From a virus (lineage: Duplodnaviria; Caudoviricetes), in IMG/VR virus record IMGVR_UViG_3300017777_002035, positions 1 to 30,840 of that record: 30,840 bases of DNA. The stretch is one strand, 5' to 3'. Within the stretch, counting starts at the first letter, position 1, and every line of letters begins with the position of its first letter. A program made the position numbers and the translations under genes. A model generated the notes under the pieces. It did not search any database and was not told the DNA's origin. It saw nothing but the letters and a program-made list of their open reading frames with translations. Positions 24,777 to 30,840 of the stretch are shown here, piece by piece.

Positions 24777-26832
24777 ATGTTCCATCCCAATCAGTTAATC
24801 CATCTTGTTCATAATGATTAATTCTATCTATCATAATATTATAGTATTCGTTTAACACACCATTCCATTCATTCTTTAGATCATTAGCGAATAATCTAGC
24901 ATGAGTCCATTGACAAGAGCGATATAGTTCTATGAATTTAGTATGTTGTATATCTGCAGTTACCCAGTCCATTCTCGTATTGAGATCATCGATTCTGCCG
25001 ATTGGTGTATAGATTTGAACGCCGATCTTCTTGCCCTTAACTGCGATTTTATCTAATTCAACTACTACATATTCATCTTCTATTAGGGCTGCTGTCTTCG
25101 GACCCAGAATAATTTTGACTCCATATGATTTACTTTGGCCTTCGAGTCTGGATGCAAGATTGACGCCATCGCCAAGACAAGTATAATCAAAACGCTGATC
25201 GCTACCCATATTACCCACAACAACATTATCGGTATTAATACCAAGGCCCATGCCAAATTTCGGAATGCCTTCTTTAATGATCTCATTATTAAACTCATCT
25301 AGTGACTCCATCATTTCCAGTGCAGTCTTAACAGCATTCTTTGCGTGATTACTATCGCCAAGGGGAGCATTCCAGAATGCCATCTGCGCATCTCCAATAT
25401 ATTTATCTAGAGTGCCTTTATTTTCTAGAATCTTCTTAGTCATAGCAGTCATATATCTATTCATAATTTTTGTCAATCCTTGAACATCTGCTCCATAATG
25501 TTCTGAGATCGTAGTAAACCCACGGACATCGGTAAACATAATAGATAGCTCAACTGTTTCACCGCCCAACTTAAGTAGCTCAGGCTGCCGCTGCAATCGC
25601 GCAACTAAGTCTGGGCTTAGATATGTGCCAAACTGTTTCTTGATCTGCATCTTTTGTTTGAATTCATAGACGAATCTAATAAATGCAGCAATAGACCAAG
25701 CCAGAATAAATGTTACTATTGGCCAACTCCAATCGATTAGTAGATTGTAGTCAATATATGCAGCGGAACTAAGGAAGTATGTGCTAAACACACTGCACAT
25801 AATACCAATAATACCATATAGCCAAGAGAGATAAGTAACTGCCAAACATATTAATACAGCGACTATAGCAGTATAAGCAATTTCTGCAAAATCTGCCCAG
25901 AATGGACGCTCTAGTGATTCACCAGTGATAAGCGTAGATGTGGCAGAGATGATTAATTCATGGCCATACTTTATACCAACTGGTGTAGCTGTTGTAGTTC
26001 CAAGACCTTCAGCAGTAAGTGCAAGGAATACAATCTTATCTTTAAATATATCAGTATGCATACTATTAGTATCGAAATCACTTAATATGCTAATAGATGG
26101 TGCCACATATTTGAAGTTTATCCAAATTCTTGCATTTGAATCTGTTTTGATTGTTTTGAAGCTAGGAATACGAAGTGCTTCTACACCGCCATCATTAATC
26201 TTCATTTGATAACTGGGATCGTCTGCCAATACGCGGAGAATCTCCATCGGAATAGATGGATACATTTCTTTATCAATTGCAACTACAAGAGGAAGTCTTC
26301 GGACTACACCGTCTGCCTCGGGTGCAGTTAATAACATACCTACACCCGCCGCGGCATTACCTAACGATTGAAGAGGACCGATAGCACCTCGATAATTAAA
26401 AATATAGTTAGTCCATTCACCACCAATAACAGAAACGCCTCGAGGAACAGGCGTACCTCGACCCTTTGTCGATGCGCTTTGGGCAATAACAACAGGATAA
26501 TTAATGAAAGTATTCGCAAGATATTCATCTTTACCAAATCTATCCTGCTCTGAGAATAATATAGGAATAACAACTAGAGCAGCGCCCGCATCATAGATAC
26601 GTTCAATTTGTTTTGATAGAACGTCGCGACTCCATGGCCACTGCCCATATATATCAAGCGCAGCTTCATCTATTTCTACCGAATAGATATTATCTGCTAT
26701 AACTGATGACTGATTACGCTGATGTGCATCGAGGGTCTTCAAACGAAGAATCTCGACTAACCAGGGATCTGTAGTGCGAATTACTAATAACGATAGTATC
26801 GCTATTAGAAAATAAATCCACTTATATTTCAT
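24757..26832 (-). CDS. CHASE2-domain membrane-bound class III adenylate cyclase
   Basis: N-terminal TM; CHASE2 motifs VEIDE..L..YGQWPWSR and DGVVRRLPL; three TMs; FTDVRGFT, DKYIGDAQMAFW, FDYTCLGDGVNLASRLE (both metal Asp, Lys/Asp adenine specifiers, Asn/Arg). Confidence 0.95.
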   Translation of the reverse strand: MKYKWIYFLIAILSLLVIRTTDPWLVEILRLKTLDAHQRNQSSVIADNIYSVEIDEAALDIYGQWPWSRDVLSKQIERIYDAGAALVVIPILFSEQDRFGKDEYLANTFINYPVVIAQSASTKGRGTPVPRGVSVIGGEWTNYIFNYRGAIGPLQSLGNAAAGVGMLLTAPEADGVVRRLPLVVAIDKEMYPSIPMEILRVLADDPSYQMKINDGGVEALRIPSFKTIKTDSNARIWINFKYVAPSISILSDFDTNSMHTDIFKDKIVFLALTAEGLGTTTATPVGIKYGHELIISATSTLITGESLERPFWADFAEIAYTAIVAVLICLAVTYLSWLYGIIGIMCSVFSTYFLSSAAYIDYNLLIDWSWPIVTFILAWSIAAFIRFVYEFKQKMQIKKQFGTYLSPDLVARLQRQPELLKLGGETVELSIMFTDVRGFTTISEHYGADVQGLTKIMNRYMTAMTKKILENKGTLDKYIGDAQMAFWNAPLGDSNHAKNAVKTALEMMESLDEFNNEIIKEGIPKFGMGLGINTDNVVVGNMGSDQRFDYTCLGDGVNLASRLEGQSKSYGVKIILGPKTAALIEDEYVVVELDKIAVKGKKIGVQIYTPIGRIDDLNTRMDWVTADIQHTKFIELYRSCQWTHARLFANDLKNEWNGVLNEYYNIMIDRINHYEQDGLTDWDGTYVAKTK

Positions 26833-26841
26833 ATTATTTCC

Positions 26842-26869
26842 TTGACAATTACGAAAAAACAGTTATAAT
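26842..26869 (+). promoter_or_regulatory. Consensus sigma70 promoter oriented antisense to the curli cluster
   Basis: TTGACA-N16-TATAAT in the 68-bp gap; no convincing + strand gene downstream. Confidence 0.6.
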
Positions 26870-26900
26870 AGAGTTTGTCGCTAGGTCATAATATAGTATA

Positions 26901-27452
26901 CTAGTTTCTAATATAACTCCAAGTACCACAATTAGTCAAACAGTTAACAGTCATGGTTCCTGTATCAGGAATAACTGCAGTTTGTTCTACAGTTACTGTA
27001 GCACTTATAGCATTTATATTTAGGGTAAATGTTTTAGACTGACCATTCTGAGTTGCAGTTATATCATTACCATCATTAGTATTAGTGCCAGTTAATGTAA
27101 ACGTATGCGTGCCTATACCATTTTGATTTATTATAATATTATTAACATCACCGGCAAACGTAATAATATTAGCAGTATGATTACCTACTCCGTCTTGATT
27201 GATAGTAAATGAATTATTGATACCTGCTGTATTTTCTAGATAGATTGTCTTTGCGCCCGGACCCTGCTGAAGTATATCATATACAGTTCCAGTCACATCT
27301 GATGTTCTACCGACATCGATGATAACCGTATGCCCCTCACTAGCTTGAGTTACTGTATATTGGTTGTTATTGCCAATTTGATCAATATAAACTGTATTGT
27401 CTAGAGCAATTGCACATGGAGCATACAATAATAGTGGTAATAGATATCTCAT
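26901..27452 (-). CDS. Curlin-like secreted protein (CsgB/CsgA-like)
   Basis: Signal peptide; N-x4-Q-x-G repeats (NTVYIDQIGNNN, NSFTINQDGVGN, NNIIINQNGIG, NDITATQNG); C-terminal CxxxC. Confidence 0.75.
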   Translation of the reverse strand: MRYLLPLLLYAPCAIALDNTVYIDQIGNNNQYTVTQASEGHTVIIDVGRTSDVTGTVYDILQQGPGAKTIYLENTAGINNSFTINQDGVGNHTANIITFAGDVNNIIINQNGIGTHTFTLTGTNTNDGNDITATQNGQSKTFTLNINAISATVTVEQTAVIPDTGTMTVNCLTNCGTWSYIRN

Positions 27453-28561
27453 TTTTGATTCAATGTTATAATAGTATTATCGCCGGCGTTGATTCTATTC
27501 TTAACTTCAATTGGACTTTGTATATTATACACTATTGCATTCTGATGATCTGGCATAGTTACACATTGCACATCGTTACCATTATCTCGACATAGCTGCA
27601 CCTTGTTATTTTCCATAATAGCAACTACACCTGTAGCAGCAATTAAATCCGGCAATATTTCACCTATAGAAATTTCTTTTTTGAATACTCGCAGTTGCTC
27701 TGCCATTTGTTGAGCTAGAATATCTAGAAAATTTTCTAGGAATTCTTTCTCAAGTAAGTTTATACTGAGTCTATCTGTATATATCATCGCTTGCTGCTTA
27801 TCGATTATGTTATCTAATCCATCAAATTTCAAATAATCTGTATCTAAGAATCCTATAATCATTATATCGATTCTTTCTTCCTTCTTTAGTTCTTTTGGTG
27901 GACTGAGAATTAATATGTTACTAATTGCATCGTCTGTAAGATTCAATATAATTGGTTTTGTCGGAGAGATGCCGCGGGCAAAGACTTTAGTTGCCTGAAA
28001 TGGTTGATCTAATACAACAATCCCCTCATCACTTTCTACAAATATCTTTCCAGTTACACAATCTAGTATGATGTTCTGCCAGCCTATAGGACAACTTGGC
28101 AATAGAATAATAGTAGATGCGCCTAGTTCATCTACTGTGGCAGTAAAATCTGTGCCGCGAACGGAAATGGTAGCTGAAGGAGTATTTATCTTTACGTTCT
28201 GTGGATCATTCTTAGATATTTGACCAGATGTGTAACGAACGGTTCCTAATGCAACATTTACTGCTAATTTTCCTATGCCTTTAGTTGAATCATATACAAA
28301 ACTATCGATAACTAATTTTGAATTTTCATTTATCTGCACTCGTGTTTTATCTTCAAAGACAATTCCTACTTTACCCTGTACAGTTTTTATAACATCATTC
28401 ATCTCAATATCTACACCTTTTGTGCCAGATAGTGCGACATTTTGCCTCTGAATAGAAGCGGGTGTATTAGTCTGGTCAGTTATATTACCTATAGCTGCTC
28501 CATAGCAGTTGGTTGGGAATATTATAGACGTAATGAATATGATGATGACAAGAGGTTTCAT
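27449..28561 (-). CDS. FecR-domain periplasmic protein
   Basis: N-terminal hydrophobic leader; DVIKT..GKVGIVFEDKTRVQINENSKL and INTPSATISVRGTDF are FecR-domain motifs. Confidence 0.85.
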   Translation of the reverse strand: MKPLVIIIFITSIIFPTNCYGAAIGNITDQTNTPASIQRQNVALSGTKGVDIEMNDVIKTVQGKVGIVFEDKTRVQINENSKLVIDSFVYDSTKGIGKLAVNVALGTVRYTSGQISKNDPQNVKINTPSATISVRGTDFTATVDELGASTIILLPSCPIGWQNIILDCVTGKIFVESDEGIVVLDQPFQATKVFARGISPTKPIILNLTDDAISNILILSPPKELKKEERIDIMIIGFLDTDYLKFDGLDNIIDKQQAMIYTDRLSINLLEKEFLENFLDILAQQMAEQLRVFKKEISIGEILPDLIAATGVVAIMENNKVQLCRDNGNDVQCVTMPDHQNAIVYNIQSPIEVKNRINAGDNTIITLNQK

Positions 28562-29328
28562 TAGTTGTGAGTGACTACTGTAAATGTATTACCGTTGCCG
28601 GTTGTTTCGATATTTACTGTAGTATCTATTGTACCAGTTTGTGTAACTGTCAACGTATTAGCGTTACCAACGACATCAATATCAGTTCTATGACCATTGA
28701 CACCACCATTATCTTGGACAATTGTATTCACATTTGTAGCACCGACGTTGTTTAATGCAAGCTCACCGTTATTGCCCGTCATATTTAATGTTACTGTATT
28801 ACCGATACCACCGGTGGTAGTGACATTGGCAATGATATCATCGGCATTAATAGTAGCGATTAGAACTGCGTTACCACCAGCTTGCGTTGCAATAAGAGTA
28901 TTAGTATTTCCAAGAATATTTACAGTTGCAGTGTTGTTACCATTAGTCTGATTAATATTAAGTGTAGTTTCAGTATTTGTGCCCTGACCATCATTGTTTA
29001 GATTAATCGTACCTACGTTAGCACCACCGCGAGCATCATATGTGATGGTAGTTGCATTTACACCAGTCACATCATATCCAATATTCAAGACGTTAGCCGC
29101 GCCCACTTGTGTGATTGTTGCCGTTGCGCCATCGCCTGTCATATTTGCTGGTGTTGTATTACCTGTACCAACACCTTGAATACCACGAACCCGATTTCCC
29201 GCACCATCTTGAGTTATTGTAATTACTGCATTATCGCCTATTTGATCAATATAGATGGTGTTATCTACAGCAAGCGCATTACTTGCTCCAATCATCAGAA
29301 TACCTATTATTAATAAATTCTTTAACAT
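28561..29328 (-). CDS. Curlin-like secreted protein (CsgA-like, longer)
   Basis: Signal peptide ending ALA; Gly/Asn/Thr-rich repeats NTIYIDQIGDNAVITITQDGAGN, ATITQVGAAN, NTLIATQAGGN, NTLTVTQTG; AGGAG RBS. Confidence 0.8.
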   Translation of the reverse strand: MLKNLLIIGILMIGASNALAVDNTIYIDQIGDNAVITITQDGAGNRVRGIQGVGTGNTTPANMTGDGATATITQVGAANVLNIGYDVTGVNATTITYDARGGANVGTINLNNDGQGTNTETTLNINQTNGNNTATVNILGNTNTLIATQAGGNAVLIATINADDIIANVTTTGGIGNTVTLNMTGNNGELALNNVGATNVNTIVQDNGGVNGHRTDIDVVGNANTLTVTQTGTIDTTVNIETTGNGNTFTVVTHN

Positions 29329-29359
29329 TTTATTCTCCTGTTGCTTGATCTGAATGATC

Positions 29360-30139
29360 TTAAGATGGCGTTAGATATTCCCATATTCCCTTACGAGCAC
29401 CTTCTCTAATCAACTCGATTACTGCAGAATCTATAGCAGTTTTTACTGCATATGTTCCAGGTTCATTGATAGTCATTCCAGTTTCCGTTTCGAATGCCCG
29501 CGTCCCAGTATCAAAAAATTTAAAAACACCCAAAGATTCTGCCGAACTCAGTATGGTTTTCTGTACGACAACTGTTGCAAGTATCTTGCCTGAATTTACA
29601 CTTACTGCGCGAAGACTTATAGTTACTACATCTTGACTCCATTGTGATTGCGGAGCTATTCCAAACACACGAACACCTATACCACCGCTGTTTATCGATG
29701 TGTCATATCCAACTATACCACCCTCTATGATAATACCAGCAAATTGCATAGGAGAAAGTGGCTTCGCATCCACACCCTCATATGCCTCGCGCATTTGTCT
29801 AATGATCAATCGTTCTTTTGTTAAATTGTCTATACCTACTCGTTCTACTACTTCAAACCACGCGCCGTTACCAACATCTTGTAGTGCTTTTATAAGAAAG
29901 TTCTCTGCGCCCTGTGTGACGGCAGTAGAAAGATTCTGATTAGGTTTACGTTGCCCAGTCAAATCTCTAAAGCTATACACCGCCACACTTACTGGACGGT
30001 CTGTAGAAGGCCTAGGCACATTCTTAAATTCATTTATCAACTCATTTGTCGTTATGGTCGGCAGTGCAATCTGATCCTGTGTGTACGCACATGCAGTTAA
30101 CATACCACATATACCAAGTAATGATATTATTTTAAACAT
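29360..30139 (-). CDS. csgG: Curli secretion channel lipoprotein
   Basis: Lipobox LTAC; VAVYSFRDLTGQRKP, STAVTQGA, WFEVVER..NLTKERLIIR and IIEGGIVGYD. Confidence 0.95.
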   Translation of the reverse strand: MFKIISLLGICGMLTACAYTQDQIALPTITTNELINEFKNVPRPSTDRPVSVAVYSFRDLTGQRKPNQNLSTAVTQGAENFLIKALQDVGNGAWFEVVERVGIDNLTKERLIIRQMREAYEGVDAKPLSPMQFAGIIIEGGIVGYDTSINSGGIGVRVFGIAPQSQWSQDVVTISLRAVSVNSGKILATVVVQKTILSSAESLGVFKFFDTGTRAFETETGMTINEPGTYAVKTAIDSAVIELIREGARKGIWEYLTPS

Positions 30140-30583
30140 TTAGAAAGTAAACTGTCCTAATGGCACGACAACTTCTGTGCTATTGCCTACAGTATCAGTT
30201 ACAATCAGATGAATCTCGGCACCAGCCTTTGTCCAAAATATAGTATTGCCTTCAAAATTCAATGTGCCGCTATTCGTTGCACCATCGGCAAACATAGCAG
30301 TTGCTAGATTTTGCGATATCTGCGCATAGATACGCGACTCTAGATTGTTCATAAATTTATTGAGATTAGTATTCTTGGCTTCATTTGCCCGCTGTTGCAG
30401 GGCCGCAGCCATCTTGTCCTCGACCGCCTTGCGTCGAGTAGATTCTTGATTTTCTATAGTAAGAATATGCTGACTATAACCAATACCATTAAATGCCGGA
30501 CTCTTAAATGTATAATCATTTAATGGTGCGGCTATGGCTGCACATGGTATTATGATAATAGACGCAATAATAATTTTAAACAT
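30140..30583 (-). CDS. csgF: Curli assembly protein CsgF-like
   Basis: Signal peptide then YTFKSPAFNG (cf. FQFRNPNFGG), F..NLESRIYAQIS, C-terminal TD..G..TEVVVP; immediately upstream of csgG. Confidence 0.85.
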   Translation of the reverse strand: MFKIIIASIIIIPCAAIAAPLNDYTFKSPAFNGIGYSQHILTIENQESTRRKAVEDKMAAALQQRANEAKNTNLNKFMNNLESRIYAQISQNLATAMFADGATNSGTLNFEGNTIFWTKAGAEIHLIVTDTVGNSTEVVVPLGQFTF

Positions 30584-30615
30584 ATATGTCTCCCGACGGC
30601 GTAAAGTATCATGCC

Positions 30616-30655
30616 ACGTTAGATCATATTATACGTTAGGTCATATTATACGTTA
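30616..30655. repeat. 17-bp tandem repeat ACGTTAGRTCATATTAT x2.4
   Basis: 30616-30632, 30633-30649 and partial 30650-30655. Confidence 0.85.
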
Positions 30656-30663
30656 TATTTATA
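30656..30663 (-). promoter_or_regulatory. T4-type late promoter for the curli cluster
   Basis: Exact intergenic TATAAATA on the - strand, 72 nt upstream of csgF. Confidence 0.75.
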
Positions 30664-30714
30664 ATGTATATGTTTTACACTAGCTTTGTTTTTTAATAGG
30701 ATTAGGGCCCGGCT

Positions 30715-30840
30715 CTAGATCGCGAACGATGCGCCGCAACTGCAGGACGCGGTCGCGTTCGGATTGCCGATGGTAAACTGTGAGCCGATCATCTTCTCGA
30801 CGAAATCGATGCGGGATCCCGCCAGGTACATCAGAGACAT
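30715..30840 (-). CDS. A-type Fe-S carrier (IscA/ErpA/HesB family), C-terminal part, truncated by window edge
   Basis: [41 protein letters not shown] matches the family ending NPNA..sCgCG.SF. Confidence 0.88.
   Translation of the reverse strand: MSLMYLAGSRIDFVEKMIGSQFTIGNPNATASCSCGASFAI

Noticed and set aside
30616-30655. 17-bp repeats as a mini CRISPR array
   Set aside because: Head-to-tail copies with no spacers

Overview
A 30.8-kb, AT-rich segment of a T4-like myovirus (Tevenvirinae-like core), most likely infecting an alphaproteobacterium. The host inference rests on a circularly permuted two-piece tmRNA with an ANDN... tag and on GC-rich host-like gene imports. 1-6406 (+) is a head-completion/tail block: gp4, gp2, gp54, gp26, gp51 and two paralogous tape-measure/hub-like proteins, the second ending in a GH24 lysozyme. 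The - strand carries replication/transcription core genes (gp32, gp59, gp33, exonuclease, PhoH, RNase H) mixed with accessory genes: KdsA, cupin, SleB-type hydrolase, tmRNA, TAGT-type glycosyltransferase, outer-membrane beta-barrel, DenV-like, dNTP diphosphohydrolase, 2OG-Fe(II) dioxygenase and several glycosyltransferases. The right end holds the most striking module: a late-promoter cluster csgF-csgG-curlin-FecR-curlin followed by a CHASE2 membrane adenylate cyclase, suggesting a phage-encoded amyloid secretion plus trans-envelope cAMP signalling system, with a consensus sigma70 promoter firing antisense into it. Other signals: a candidate -1 frameshift joining gp26 and gp51, an acyl-carrier-protein homologue lacking the phosphopantetheine serine, and a 44-bp promoter element repeated exactly 7 kb apart. 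All product calls come from motif recognition by eye; no database search was run.
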